64,000 nucleotides of DNA from Candidatus Levybacteria bacterium CG2_30_37_29. Its GTDB lineage: Bacteria > Patescibacteriota > Microgenomatia > Levybacterales > GWA1-39-11. Each line of letters opens with the position of its first letter. Positions within the stretch are counted from its first letter, which is position 1. Positions 1 to 10,785 of this stretch are shown one piece after another. Made by a program: the position numbers and the translations under genes. The stretch is from positions 92,395 to 156,394 of the forward strand of contig MNYS01000002.1 of assembly GCA_001873215.1 (NCBI GenBank). The letters are read 5' to 3'. The notes under the pieces were generated by a model. That model saw only the letters and a list, made by a program, of their open reading frames with translations. It searched no databases and had not been told where the DNA came from.

Positions 1-879
1 CAGCTTGAATCATGGCATTATTCGGATACAGAGATAAATCCGGCTCTTTATTATTTTGTAATGGAGCCTTTTTATCTTTTGTTTACTCTTCCGTTTTACT
101 ATGGAATTGTTCATACTTTTGGTTTTTTTGACGGAAGAATTCCTCTTTTCTTTCTTTTTTTTACAACTCTTATTTTTGCATCAAAGCTTGTTGTCGAAAA
201 TGAGAAAAAATTACTTTTTGTAATTCTACTTGCTTTTAATCCTGCAATGTTGGCTTACACTCTTGAGGGGCGTTCTGATATGTTTGTTTTTGCATTTTTA
301 TTTGTAGGGCTTTACTTTCTGTATAGAAAAAAGTATTTGTTTTCCGCAGTTTTACTTGCACTTTCTTTTGCTATAAAGCAATCAGTTTGGCCACTTTTTC
401 CACTATATTTATTTTATTTATATTTTAAGACAAGGTCTTTAAAAAAAACTGCAACTATTCTTATTCCTTTCTTTGTGACATTTATTTCTATAGTAGCGCC
501 ATTTTTTATATGGAACCAAAAAGCATTTATTGAAAGTACTCTGCTATACGTTTCCGGAGGAATAGCGCATGGATACCCAATTTCAGGATATGGAATTGGG
601 GCATTCTTGCAAAGTATTGATATTATAAAAAATAAAAATGATTATTACCCTTTTATAATTTGGCAGATAGCAATATGTTTGCCTTTACTTTTTTTATTGT
701 TTAAATTTCTTAAAAAACATGTAAGCGTAAAAGCTCTTATTATTTGTTATGGAATATTTCTTTTTGTTTTTTGGTATTTTTCTCGTTATTTTAATAATAG
801 TCATGTTGGATATTTAACAATGGTTTTTATAGCTGGGTATTTTTGGCCGGAAGCTACTGATGAAGGAGCAAAAAAATGA
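1..879 (+). CDS. GT-C fold membrane glycosyltransferase (GT87-like), 5'-truncated by window edge
   Basis: Frame is open from base 1 (QLESWHYSDTEINPALYYFV) into the ORF at 61. Polytopic hydrophobic protein with EGRSDMF and AIKQSVWP motifs typical of GT87-like enzymes. Confidence 0.7.
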   Translation, partial: QLESWHYSDTEINPALYYFVMEPFYLLFTLPFYYGIVHTFGFFDGRIPLFFLFFTTLIFASKLVVENEKKLLFVILLAFNPAMLAYTLEGRSDMFVFAFLFVGLYFLYRKKYLFSAVLLALSFAIKQSVWPLFPLYLFYLYFKTRSLKKTATILIPFFVTFISIVAPFFIWNQKAFIESTLLYVSGGIAHGYPISGYGIGAFLQSIDIIKNKNDYYPFIIWQIAICLPLLFLLFKFLKKHVSVKALIICYGIFLFVFWYFSRYFNNSHVGYLTMVFIAGYFWPEATDEGAKK

Positions 880-1496
880 CAATAGGTCATGCTCATTCAA
901 ATCATCTCAAACACGATCCCACTCGAGGATTTGGAGTATTTGAATCATATCTTGCGAAAAAAAGAGCGTCTATTGCTGAAAGCAAAATTCCGATTGACGC
1001 AAGAAAGGGTAGAGTTTTGGATATTGGATGCGGTGCATTTCCCTTCTTTCTTGTAAACACAAACTTTAATGAAAAATACGGCGTTGATTCAATTGTTCAT
1101 AAAAAAGATTTTGGTAAGTCGATAGTATTAAAATCTTTAGATATTGAAAAAGAAAAACTCCCTTTTAAAAATAATTATTTTGATACTGTTGTAATGCTTG
1201 CAGTTTTTGAGCATGTTAGGGATGAAAAATTAAATACCCTTCTTAAAGAAGTAAGACGTGTTCTTAAAAACGAGGGACTATTTATTATGACAACACCTGC
1301 ATCTTGGTCGGTATCTGTTCTTTGGGCGCTTTCAAGGATTGGGCTCGTAAGTAAAATAGAAATAGACGACCATAAAAATTTTAACCCTCCAAGCAAAATA
1401 AGAAAGATTTTAGAGGATGCGGGATTTGAGCCTCATAAAATAAAAAGCGGATATTTTGAGTTTTACTTAAATACTTATTTCGTCGCTAAAAAATGA
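876..1496 (+). CDS. Class I SAM-dependent methyltransferase
   Basis: VLDIGCG motif I, LPFKNNYFDTV, AVFEHV, EVRRVLKNEG. ATGA overlap with the upstream gene. Confidence 0.9.
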   Translation: MTIGHAHSNHLKHDPTRGFGVFESYLAKKRASIAESKIPIDARKGRVLDIGCGAFPFFLVNTNFNEKYGVDSIVHKKDFGKSIVLKSLDIEKEKLPFKNNYFDTVVMLAVFEHVRDEKLNTLLKEVRRVLKNEGLFIMTTPASWSVSVLWALSRIGLVSKIEIDDHKNFNPPSKIRKILEDAGFEPHKIKSGYFEFYLNTYFVAKK

Positions 1497-3178
1497 CACG
1501 AAAATCATTCATATTTCTTGCGGCAATTTTTTTGCTTGGGGTTATTTTTCGCTTTTATCTTCTCGGTAGTATTCCAAACGGATTCCACAGAGATGAAGTT
1601 TTTCTAGGGTATAATGCATATTCGATTCTAAAAACGAGCAGAGATATAACCGGGAATTTTCTACCTCTGCACCTAGCTTCTTTTCTATATACCCCAGCCG
1701 GATACTCTTATTTTTCTATACCCCTCATAGCCTTACTTGGATTGAATGAATTTTCGATACGTTTTGCATCTGCGTTTTTTGGCGCAGTAACAATCTTATT
1801 GGTGTATTTCGTTTCACGTTTATTCTTTGAAAAAATCTTTCCACAAAAATCAAAAAAAATTAATTTAATTTCACTTATTTCGGCTTTTTTCCTAGCTATA
1901 TCGCCGTGGCATATTAATCTTTCTAGGACTGCAAGCGTAAGTACGTTGGTGTTTTTCTTCATACTTCTTGGATTATTTTTCTTCTTGAGGTGGGTAAAAA
2001 TATCAAAAAACGTATATTTGTTTCTTACTTATCTTTCATTTTTTATAAGTCTTTTATTTTATATAGCTCCTTATTCTTTTCTTCCGTTATTAATACCGGT
2101 TTTATATGTTGTTTATTACAAGGATTTAAGAAAAAAGAAGCTCTTAACAAACTCTGTTTTGTTTATTATCTTTATGATTTTGCCACTTGTATATACCTTA
2201 ATTTCTCCAAATCTTTCATTAAGGGCAAGAACTGTTGGGATAACGGGAGGAGAAATTCCTAAAATATTAAGTGCGGAATTAATAGGAGAAGATGGAGTTT
2301 TAGGCACTCCAGCTTTTGTTACGCGAGTTTTTCACAACAAGCCAGTTATCTATGCAAATATCTTTTTAGGAAATTATTTTCAACATTTTTCATATGATTT
2401 CCTTTTTTCAGACAAAGGGTTTCCGGATAGATACAGAATTCCTTTATCGGGGTTGATGTATCTTTTCGATTTACCTCTGTTTATCTTAGGTATAATTACG
2501 CTTGCCGCTAGTAAAAAAAGATATGCGTATTTATTATTTGCATGGGTAATTATAAGTCCTATAGGGAGTGCTTTAACGTTTGATGACGTTCCAAATTTGC
2601 AACGTACATTGTTCTTGGTATTGCCGATAGTGCTTATTAATTCTTACGGGTTGGTTTGGGTTTGGGATAATGTTTCAAAAAATCATATGTTTCGCAGATT
2701 AATTTTTGCTTTCGTCGTGATCTTTTTTCTTTGGTGTTTTATTTTCTATATTCACGAGTATTATATTCACGGAAGACTTTATAGGCCTTGGTATAGACAA
2801 GATGGTTACAAAGAATTAGTTACGAAAATTGCATCGCTTGAGAAAAATTATCAAAAAGTAGTTATAACAAATAGAGAATCTGGCCCGACTCTTTTCTTCT
2901 TATTCTATTTAAAATATCAACCAAGTCTATTTCAGCAAGAGACTAAGAATACATCAATGCATGATTTTGACAGGATAGCGTTTGGCAAATATGAATTTTC
3001 CGAAGAAGAATGCCCGCTACGTGAGGTAATTGATAAAAGCGGACATTTAAGTCTATCCGGTGAAAAGAATACACTTTATGTTAATAGTGGTTTATGCAAG
3101 ATGGGTATTGGTATTAATGTAATTTCTACGATAAAACGTGCTGATGGATCGAAGGTTTTTTACATCGTTGAAAAATGA
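1493..3178 (+). CDS. ArnT/PMT-like GT-C glycosyltransferase (GT39/GT83-like)
   Basis: N-terminal TM, then FHRDE..GYNAYSILKT, IRFASA and SPWHINLSR. Many TMs plus a soluble C-terminal domain. Confidence 0.85.
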   Translation: MTRKSFIFLAAIFLLGVIFRFYLLGSIPNGFHRDEVFLGYNAYSILKTSRDITGNFLPLHLASFLYTPAGYSYFSIPLIALLGLNEFSIRFASAFFGAVTILLVYFVSRLFFEKIFPQKSKKINLISLISAFFLAISPWHINLSRTASVSTLVFFFILLGLFFFLRWVKISKNVYLFLTYLSFFISLLFYIAPYSFLPLLIPVLYVVYYKDLRKKKLLTNSVLFIIFMILPLVYTLISPNLSLRARTVGITGGEIPKILSAELIGEDGVLGTPAFVTRVFHNKPVIYANIFLGNYFQHFSYDFLFSDKGFPDRYRIPLSGLMYLFDLPLFILGIITLAASKKRYAYLLFAWVIISPIGSALTFDDVPNLQRTLFLVLPIVLINSYGLVWVWDNVSKNHMFRRLIFAFVVIFFLWCFIFYIHEYYIHGRLYRPWYRQDGYKELVTKIASLEKNYQKVVITNRESGPTLFFLFYLKYQPSLFQQETKNTSMHDFDRIAFGKYEFSEEECPLREVIDKSGHLSLSGEKNTLYVNSGLCKMGIGINVISTIKRADGSKVFYIVEK

Positions 3179-5559
3179 TTAGAAAAAATATCTTCATTTT
3201 GTTAATTTTACCCATTTTTATAATCTCTATTTTCAGAGGATATTTTATAAATCACAAAGTTTTATTTCCCGCGAATCTTTTAGTATCATATTATCAACCA
3301 TGGGTATCTTATCCCTGGGAAGGATATCCTAGTGGTCCTCCAAATAAGCCGATTGGGTTTGATAATCTGAGGATTTTTTATCCGTTTAGGCATTTAACAA
3401 CACAATCTCTTTTAAATTTTGAGCTTCCTTTATGGAATCCCTATGATTTTTCAGGAAATATACATCTAGCAGGGTATCAGACGGCAGTTTTCCATCCTTT
3501 ATCGTTTATGTTTCTAATTCTTCCGCAAATAGACGCTTGGTCAATAATTATAATCTTATCTCCAATTTTTACTTTTATTTTTACTTACCTATTTGTAAAA
3601 GAGTTGAAATTAAGTAAGGAGGCGTCAATTTTTGGAGCGTTAGGCTTTGCATTCTCGGGATTTATGATGGTCTTATGGGAAGAGTCTTTTATGGCTTCGT
3701 ATTCAGCATTATTCTTGCCTATTGTGCTATGTGCAATAGTAAAAATTTGTAGAAAACTAACAAGATATAATTTTTTAACGCTTGTTTTGGGGTTAGCATT
3801 TTCACTACTTTCGGGATGGTTTCAAATTAGCCTTTACCTTTATGTTTTTTCTTATTTCTTTTCTCTTTATTTGCTATTAACCTCATTTAGAAAGAAGCAA
3901 GAGTGGAAAAAACCTTTTATTGCAATCAACTCTGCTTATATTATTTCCATATTTATTAGTGCTGTATTTCTTATTCCAAATATAGAATCATATTTTTATT
4001 CTGCGAGAGGTAGTACCGACGCTAAATTTATTTTCGATATATATCTGCAGCCATTTTGGCATTTAGCGACGTTTTTGGCTCCTGATTTTTTTGGTAATCC
4101 CGGAGCATATAATTATTTCGGAAAAGGATTTTACTACGAAAAAGTTTTATTTTTAGCTTTGCCGGTTTTATTTTTTGCTCTTACGGCATTGTTTTCCAAA
4201 ACCCGAGATTTTACAGAGAGATATTTTAAGTGGGGTTTTTTAATCACGCTATCATTAGGGTTCTCACTTCCTACAAGTTGGTTGTTATTGTATTATTTGA
4301 AACTTCCTTTTTTCTCAGTCATTCTTCCGTCAAGAATTTTTTACCTTTCCACATTTTCATTAGTTATTTTGGCGGCTTTTGGATTTGAAAATTATTTAAA
4401 GACAAAAAACATTGAACGAAGAATATTTATCTCATTATTTTTGCTTTTTGCAGGTTGCCTGGTTCTATGGGGGTTTGTTATGTATTTTAAATTCTTTCAC
4501 CCCCTAAACGAATTTTCATTAATCTCATTCAGAAACCTTTTTATTCCGACATTAATATTAGTATTATTTTTAGTTAGCTTACTAATGTTAAAAAAATACA
4601 AAAAAATATTTTATCTTTTTACTTTATTTTTAATATTTATTTCAACGATATATTTCACCGATAAATATCTTTACTTATCCGATAGAAAATTCGTTTACCC
4701 CGAGGCCCCAGTTATTAATAAGTTAAAAGAATTATCGGGAAATAACAGATTTTGGAGTTACGATAAGGCATATATAGAGAGAAATTTTTCTACTTATTTT
4801 AATCTGTATTCTCCTGAGGGGTATGACTCAATTTACATACAACGTTATGGAGAGCTTATCTTTGCTTCACAGAACAATGGAATTTTTACAAAGCAGATAC
4901 CCAGAACAGACGCCACAATTAACGGAATGGAGAGATTAAATGAAATTCTTAGTAATTCTTATAAAGAAAGAATAATTAACCTTTTAGGGATAAAGCATAT
5001 TGTCGGTCCGAATAAAGAGGAAAGTATAAAATATTCAAGCCTTCCTATTGTTTGGAAAGATAATAAATTTGTTATTTATGAAAACACAAACGTATTTCCA
5101 AGAACATACATTACTTCAGGATACGAGGTAGAAAAAGATAATCGTAGGATTCTCGCAAAAGTATTTAATAAAGATACCGATTTAAGAAAAGTAACGGTTT
5201 TAGAAGACGATCCTAAAATAAAATTTTCAAATTCAGATAACAACATAGTTAAGATAACGAAATATACATCAAATAAAGTTGAAATAAAAGGTAAGAGTGA
5301 AAAAGGAGGAATTCTTTTCTTGTCAGATAATTATTATCCCGGATGGAAAGTATATATCGATGGGAAAATTTCTAGGGTATACAGGGCAAATTACTCTTTT
5401 AGGGCAGTAGTTTTTCCTTCAGGTCAGCATACGGTTACATTCTCATATGAGTCTTTGACTTTAAAACTTGGATTTGCTGTGACTTTTATAGGAGGATTAA
5501 TTCTTATTGTTGTATTCTTAAAGATACCAAGCTTAAGCTCAAGTAAAGACAAACAATGA
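3175..5559 (+). CDS. YfhO-family membrane protein (GT-C glycosyltransferase)
   Basis: PLWNPYDFSG, PDFFGNP, GYDS and C-terminal LSDNYYPGWKVYIDG..RANYSFRAV followed by a terminal TM. Confidence 0.85.
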   Translation: MIRKNIFILLILPIFIISIFRGYFINHKVLFPANLLVSYYQPWVSYPWEGYPSGPPNKPIGFDNLRIFYPFRHLTTQSLLNFELPLWNPYDFSGNIHLAGYQTAVFHPLSFMFLILPQIDAWSIIIILSPIFTFIFTYLFVKELKLSKEASIFGALGFAFSGFMMVLWEESFMASYSALFLPIVLCAIVKICRKLTRYNFLTLVLGLAFSLLSGWFQISLYLYVFSYFFSLYLLLTSFRKKQEWKKPFIAINSAYIISIFISAVFLIPNIESYFYSARGSTDAKFIFDIYLQPFWHLATFLAPDFFGNPGAYNYFGKGFYYEKVLFLALPVLFFALTALFSKTRDFTERYFKWGFLITLSLGFSLPTSWLLLYYLKLPFFSVILPSRIFYLSTFSLVILAAFGFENYLKTKNIERRIFISLFLLFAGCLVLWGFVMYFKFFHPLNEFSLISFRNLFIPTLILVLFLVSLLMLKKYKKIFYLFTLFLIFISTIYFTDKYLYLSDRKFVYPEAPVINKLKELSGNNRFWSYDKAYIERNFSTYFNLYSPEGYDSIYIQRYGELIFASQNNGIFTKQIPRTDATINGMERLNEILSNSYKERIINLLGIKHIVGPNKEESIKYSSLPIVWKDNKFVIYENTNVFPRTYITSGYEVEKDNRRILAKVFNKDTDLRKVTVLEDDPKIKFSNSDNNIVKITKYTSNKVEIKGKSEKGGILFLSDNYYPGWKVYIDGKISRVYRANYSFRAVVFPSGQHTVTFSYESLTLKLGFAVTFIGGLILIVVFLKIPSLSSSKDKQ

Positions 5560-7169
5560 AGAAAAAATTACTTTTTTGCTTTATAATTTTAGTTGCATTT
5601 CTGCTTCGTTTTTGGAGCTTGTCATCTATCCCGGTTAGTTTATCGCATGACGAAGTAGCAATTGGATATAATGCATGGTCTATTCTTCAAACTGGTAAAG
5701 ATGAATATGGCGTTTCTTACCCTGTTCTTTTTAGATCTTTCGAAGATTATAAATTGCCGGGATATATATATTCAACGGTAGTTTCTGAAAAAATATTTGG
5801 CCTTACTCCTTTAGGGGTCAGACTTCCGTCCGCAATCTTTGGAGCTTTAACTGTTATAGCATTGTACTTTTTAGTAAAGGAATTAATTCCTGATAAAAAG
5901 CTAGAGATACCATTATTAGCATCATTTTTATTGGCTATTTCTCCATGGCATATTAATTTTTCTCGAGCAGCATTTGAAGCAAATGGGAGTCTATTTTTTA
6001 TCGTACTCTCTGTCCTTTTCCTGTTTAAGGGAATTAAAAACAACAGATATTTGATCTTAGCATCTTTTTTTGCCGTTATATCAATATATTTTTACTATAC
6101 CGCAAGAGTTTTGCTTCCCGTACTTTTTGTTTCCGCACTCGTCTTGTACAGGAAAGAAATATTCAAAAACATGAAATATGCAGTTTTAGCTTTCTTATTA
6201 GCTTTAGCTTTATTGCTGCCTTTATCTAAAGTTATGTTTGGCGAAGGCAGTTCTAGGCTTAATCAGGTAAGTATTTTTAATGATAAATCTTTGACCAATC
6301 CTTATTCTGAAGCCATAGTTAGAAACAATAATACCCTAATCTCAAGAGTGGTTTACAATAGGAGGGTAGCTTTTACGCATGAATTTTTTGATAATTATTT
6401 AAAAAATTTTTCTCCGGATTTTTATTTCACAAACGGTACCGGCCCTATGGGGTTATTATATCTTTGGGAAATCCCATTTTTCTTTTCAGGTATCTATTTC
6501 CTGTTAAAAGTTAAGAAGAGTTTAAAATGGATTATTTTGATTTGGTTTTTGACTGTCCCTGTTGTTGGTGGTCTATCTCTTGGCCAGCCTAATGCATTAA
6601 GAACGTTGGCCAACTCTCCAATTGCGTCAATTTTTACAGCAGTAGGTATTTCAGGCATTTATTTATTAGTGAGAAGACTAAGATATTTCAAACTGCTGTT
6701 ATCTATGTTTCTTCTAGCCCTAATATTCTTTTTCCTTAGATTCGTAATGCTTTATTTTGATTATTATAATACTATAAATGCATCAAGCTGGCAAGACGGG
6801 ACGAGACAGATGGTTTTGTACGTTTCCAAGCATAAAGATGAATACGATTCGATTTATGTGACCGGAGATAACTGGAGGCCTTATATTTTTTTCTTATTTT
6901 ATAGCCGATATTCCCCTTCTAAATACCAAAACTTTGGGTCAAAAGATAAAATAGAAAACATTAATTTTGGTATCGCCGATTGGGATAAAGGCTCCGACTT
7001 GAATCTAAACGAATATGATCTGTCAAAACTTAATAAAGAAAAAACTTTATTTATCCTTTCAGCAAAAGATTTTAATGATCAAAAAAACAGTAATTATAAA
7101 CTTAAAAAAATTTACACAATTGACGGCGAGATAATAAAAAACGTATACTACGCAGTAGTGCTTGAATAG
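5556..7169 (+). CDS. ArnT/PMT-like GT-C glycosyltransferase
   Basis: SHDE..GYNAWSILQTGKDEYG, DYKLP, VRLPSA, SPWHINFSR, WQDG. Confidence 0.85.
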   Translation: MKKKLLFCFIILVAFLLRFWSLSSIPVSLSHDEVAIGYNAWSILQTGKDEYGVSYPVLFRSFEDYKLPGYIYSTVVSEKIFGLTPLGVRLPSAIFGALTVIALYFLVKELIPDKKLEIPLLASFLLAISPWHINFSRAAFEANGSLFFIVLSVLFLFKGIKNNRYLILASFFAVISIYFYYTARVLLPVLFVSALVLYRKEIFKNMKYAVLAFLLALALLLPLSKVMFGEGSSRLNQVSIFNDKSLTNPYSEAIVRNNNTLISRVVYNRRVAFTHEFFDNYLKNFSPDFYFTNGTGPMGLLYLWEIPFFFSGIYFLLKVKKSLKWIILIWFLTVPVVGGLSLGQPNALRTLANSPIASIFTAVGISGIYLLVRRLRYFKLLLSMFLLALIFFFLRFVMLYFDYYNTINASSWQDGTRQMVLYVSKHKDEYDSIYVTGDNWRPYIFFLFYSRYSPSKYQNFGSKDKIENINFGIADWDKGSDLNLNEYDLSKLNKEKTLFILSAKDFNDQKNSNYKLKKIYTIDGEIIKNVYYAVVLE

Positions 7170-7253
7170 TAAAAGATTGAAAAGTTCATAACGGTGAGCC
7201 AAAACATGACGGTTGGAAAAAACTTATCAAAAAATATATTTAATAAAAGAATA

Positions 7254-8897
7254 ATGGGTATTGAAAGTTTTATTAAAAAACTTCCCCTAGTTTTAATAAG
7301 TATCGTTCTTCTTGCATCTTTACTGCGCCTTTATAATATAGGAGTTAATCCGCCCGGTGTACATGCAGACGAAGCAGACACGGGATATTCAGCATACAGC
7401 ATATTAAAAACAGGCCTGACGCAATATGGGGAATTTAATTTGTTAGCATTGGGAGAATTTAACGGTGGGACACACCCTCCACTATACACATATATTCTTA
7501 TACCGCTTATAAGTTTATTCGGTTTAAATATTGTAATTGAGAGAATGCCTGCGGTGATTTTTGGAATACTTACGATTCCCATATTTTATTATTTGATCAA
7601 GAGATTATCCTTTTCGGAACCGGTAGCCCGTCTGGGGGCACTACTTATGGCGTTAAATCCTTGGCACATTTTCATTTCTAGGCAGGGGCTACTTGAATCA
7701 ATTGCCGTATTTTTTGTATCACTTGGTGTTCTTTTGTTTCTGATGGGCAAAGAGAAAAAAAATATGTACATTTTGTCTGCAGTATCTCTCGGCCTATCTC
7801 TACACTCATATGACGCGCCGAAAATATTTGTTCTTCCTTTTGTCTTTTTGTTGACAATATACCAGTGGGAGTCTTTAGTGAAGGCAAAAAAGCATTTCAT
7901 ATTGTTTATTGTTATCTTAGCCCTTTTTTATGGCCTAACTTTAAAAGTATTATTTTTGGACAAGCAAATAAACGACTTTAATAGAATTAACAGCTTTAAC
8001 ATAGGCACAATTTCAAAAACGGTGAATGACGAAAGACAAATGACCCAAGGTCCGCTTTGGATGAGTAGTATTTTTCACAATAAAATTACAGTTATGAGTA
8101 AGCAATATATCTCGAATTATTTTAACATTTTTTCTATAAGTTGGTTTTTTGTTGACGGACATGGAGACTTACTGGAATGGATGGGAAGACACGGACAATT
8201 TTATATGTTTGAGCTGCCTTTTTTCTTTATAGGACTATACTTGGCTTTCAAAAAGAAAAAAATAGGCATGTTGCTTGTTGCATGGATTTTGATTGCCCAC
8301 ATCCCCGGCGCGATAACAACAGGAAAGTTTTATCCTTATAGATCTGTTTTAATTTTACCTATCCCTATTATTTTTTCTTCAATTGGAATTGTATGGTTTT
8401 GGAAGTGGCTTTCAAAAGCTCCTCCTTTTACTTTTATCTTAAGAACGGCATTTTTATGTGTTTGTGTAGGGATTATTTTAAGTCTAATGTTTACATACTT
8501 TTATGATTATCCCGTGTATGCCTCGGAATGGAGGTTTAAAGAAAGGAATCAGGCGTTAAACTTCGCAAGCTCAATTCAAAATAAATACGATAGGGTATTT
8601 GTAAACGGGGGAACTGAATGGGCAGTAATGTACTCTTTTAACGATAAAATTTTACCAAGCACGTTTCAGAAGGCGTACCTTAATAAAGGCGAGTACAAAG
8701 ATGTAAAAACAATTGATGTAGGAAAATTTTCTTTCGGATCTTTTGATGTCCAAAAAGTAGCAACTCCATCTTCTTATTTTTCAAAGAACTCTTTGGTTGT
8801 TATAGACTCCGGTATATTTCCCAACCACCCTTCTTTAAAGACTTTTTCGGGGGCGGATCCCTTAAAAATTATATATAAGGTAATTGAAGTTAAATAG
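7254..8897 (+). CDS. ArnT/PMT-like GT-C glycosyltransferase
   Basis: HADE..GYSAYSILKTG, HPPLY, NPWHIFISR. Start is uncertain (GTG 7194, ATG 7206 or ATG 7254); 7254 best matches paralog N-termini. Confidence 0.85.
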   Translation: MGIESFIKKLPLVLISIVLLASLLRLYNIGVNPPGVHADEADTGYSAYSILKTGLTQYGEFNLLALGEFNGGTHPPLYTYILIPLISLFGLNIVIERMPAVIFGILTIPIFYYLIKRLSFSEPVARLGALLMALNPWHIFISRQGLLESIAVFFVSLGVLLFLMGKEKKNMYILSAVSLGLSLHSYDAPKIFVLPFVFLLTIYQWESLVKAKKHFILFIVILALFYGLTLKVLFLDKQINDFNRINSFNIGTISKTVNDERQMTQGPLWMSSIFHNKITVMSKQYISNYFNIFSISWFFVDGHGDLLEWMGRHGQFYMFELPFFFIGLYLAFKKKKIGMLLVAWILIAHIPGAITTGKFYPYRSVLILPIPIIFSSIGIVWFWKWLSKAPPFTFILRTAFLCVCVGIILSLMFTYFYDYPVYASEWRFKERNQALNFASSIQNKYDRVFVNGGTEWAVMYSFNDKILPSTFQKAYLNKGEYKDVKTIDVGKFSFGSFDVQKVATPSSYFSKNSLVVIDSGIFPNHPSLKTFSGADPLKIIYKVIEVK

Positions 8898-8988
8898 GTA
8901 AGGCTTCTCGTTTTTTCCGTGTGTAGTAAAAAATATAGCTTTTCTGTTTTGGAATATATGTTAAGCCCCTTATTCCTGCAAGCAATAA

Positions 8989-10710
8989 TTAATCAAGTTT
9001 TGTAATGTAACGGGTACAAAAACCCTCTTCTGAAAGATTGTCTATGTCAAAATCAGATAGGACTAAATTTTCCGGATATCTTTTTAATTTATATTTTGTG
9101 CAAACTAGGTCGTTAAAAATTTTGTATATTGTTCCGCCATCGGATAGTAGTGGGATTGTTGTATATTCCAAATTATTTTCTATTTTTTTGCATTTTGAAT
9201 CTGGAACAGATATGTAAATTGATTTTTGAGAGAAATTTTGAGGGCAAGGCGTAATTGTTAAGTTTCTAAAACTATAATCATTTTCTTGTATCAACTCCGA
9301 TATTTCTTGTGCCGAACTTTTATTGTAATTATTTGTATAAAATAGATATTGTTTAAATAGCGAAGGTACCACCCCGGACGTATCAGAGAGAAGTACCACC
9401 TTGTGCTTGTTGTTTTCTGCCAGACTTATGTATTTTGTAAGTATTCGTCCGCTAAAGCCAAAGCCTTCAGAATTATAAATCGGGTTCCTAAAGACATAAA
9501 TATAAAGAAAGTTAGAAAGCGAAAGGATATAGATTAACACAACGAATAACTTAAATGAAAAAAACTTTTTTGAATATAATGTGTACCATATCCCGTATCC
9601 CGTAAGCATTATAAGGAGAGGGAAAAGTAGGGCAGACCTTGTTGGATATGTTGTGCCAACATTACTGAGCACGCTTGGGAGCGGAGCAATAAGAACAAGA
9701 GAAATAAGCATCACCCACAATCTCTTATTTTTTCTATACAATCCGTAAATACCCATAATAAGGAAAAACAGATCGACGAAATAAAATAGTCCGTGTTGCC
9801 GAATCGAGAACGTTGATCTACCGTCTCCGTACAAAAATAAAAGTTGAGGAGAGAAAGTATTTAAATATTTTTCAGTTGACTGCCTTAAAAATACAGTAAT
9901 TTTATTTGAAGCAATACCCATGAAGGGATTGTTAAGAGAAAGTTTCCTTTGAGATATAACCTCTTCTGCAACTTGTGAATTGAAGGGCGTAAAGACCTCA
10001 GATAAACGAGAATTGTTATGTAGGGTTTGATTTACAAAATAGAAAAAAAACAAGCCAATAGATAATAGAAAAAGAGAGATGTACTGTTTTGTATATTTTT
10101 TATTATTTATAAATAACCAGCTGAATAAAGAAATACAAATTACGAAAGGTATAAAAATAATTTTAGTTCCGATGTAGGTATAAAAAGCAATAAGCAAGAT
10201 GGGAAAAGCAAATAAAATCCTCCAGCCTTTTGAGTAAATCACTATTAAGAATGCGGTCATATAGAACAATATGGCAACAGGAGCTTCAAAAGCTGTTCTC
10301 GCAAAAAAAATCATCCATGGATTTATTGCAGATAGAAAGCCGATAATTACGGCTTGTTGTTTTCCGAAAATTCGTTTTGCAATAAAGTAAAGTACAGCAA
10401 CAAGCGCAGTATTAAATAAAGCGAATGGAAATCTTGCTGCGAAAAGAGAAAAGTTCATAAGTCCTATAAGCGGCGATATAATGATATAGGGAAGTTCTGC
10501 TTTTGGATATTCTAGGGGGGGCGTTGTAAGAGAGAGAGGATTCCAAATTCCCGATATATCCTTCCCTGTAATAAAAATAGATTTTGCATTGACGATGTAA
10601 TCTAATTCGTCATCACTTATTCCGGTCGGGATCTTATCCAGTATTATTAATCGAAGTACAAGAGAAAGTATTATTACAATCAAAAGCGAAAGAATGCTCT
10701 TAATTTTCAT
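8989..10710 (-). CDS. ArnT/PMT-like GT-C glycosyltransferase (only credible minus-strand gene)
   Basis: SDDE..NAKSI.TGKDISG, ARFPFA, NPWMIFFARTAFEA. Clear paralog of its neighbours. Confidence 0.85.
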   Translation of the reverse strand: MKIKSILSLLIVIILSLVLRLIILDKIPTGISDDELDYIVNAKSIFITGKDISGIWNPLSLTTPPLEYPKAELPYIIISPLIGLMNFSLFAARFPFALFNTALVAVLYFIAKRIFGKQQAVIIGFLSAINPWMIFFARTAFEAPVAILFYMTAFLIVIYSKGWRILFAFPILLIAFYTYIGTKIIFIPFVICISLFSWLFINNKKYTKQYISLFLLSIGLFFFYFVNQTLHNNSRLSEVFTPFNSQVAEEVISQRKLSLNNPFMGIASNKITVFLRQSTEKYLNTFSPQLLFLYGDGRSTFSIRQHGLFYFVDLFFLIMGIYGLYRKNKRLWVMLISLVLIAPLPSVLSNVGTTYPTRSALLFPLLIMLTGYGIWYTLYSKKFFSFKLFVVLIYILSLSNFLYIYVFRNPIYNSEGFGFSGRILTKYISLAENNKHKVVLLSDTSGVVPSLFKQYLFYTNNYNKSSAQEISELIQENDYSFRNLTITPCPQNFSQKSIYISVPDSKCKKIENNLEYTTIPLLSDGGTIYKIFNDLVCTKYKLKRYPENLVLSDFDIDNLSEEGFCTRYITKLD

Positions 10711-10720
10711 TGTTGTTTAG

Positions 10721-10726
10721 ATTATA
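10721..10726 (-). promoter_or_regulatory. Putative -10 box (TATAAT, minus strand) for the 8989..10710 gene
   Basis: ATTATA on the + strand, 10 nt upstream of the minus-strand ATG, in the divergent gap. Confidence 0.35.
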
Positions 10727-10785
10727 ATAACATAATACAGTGTACAAGGATATATTTTAGGTTTGGCAGGAAATAATTATATAAA

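Noticed and set aside
8898-8988. Terminator or gene remnant in the convergent gap
   Set aside because: No convincing GC stem with a U tract, and the short open frame has no recognisable similarity.
10515-10521. G7 tract as a phase-variation site
   Set aside because: Only 7 nt, encodes Pro-Pro on the minus strand, and the frame is intact. The A/T runs elsewhere are expected at this base composition.
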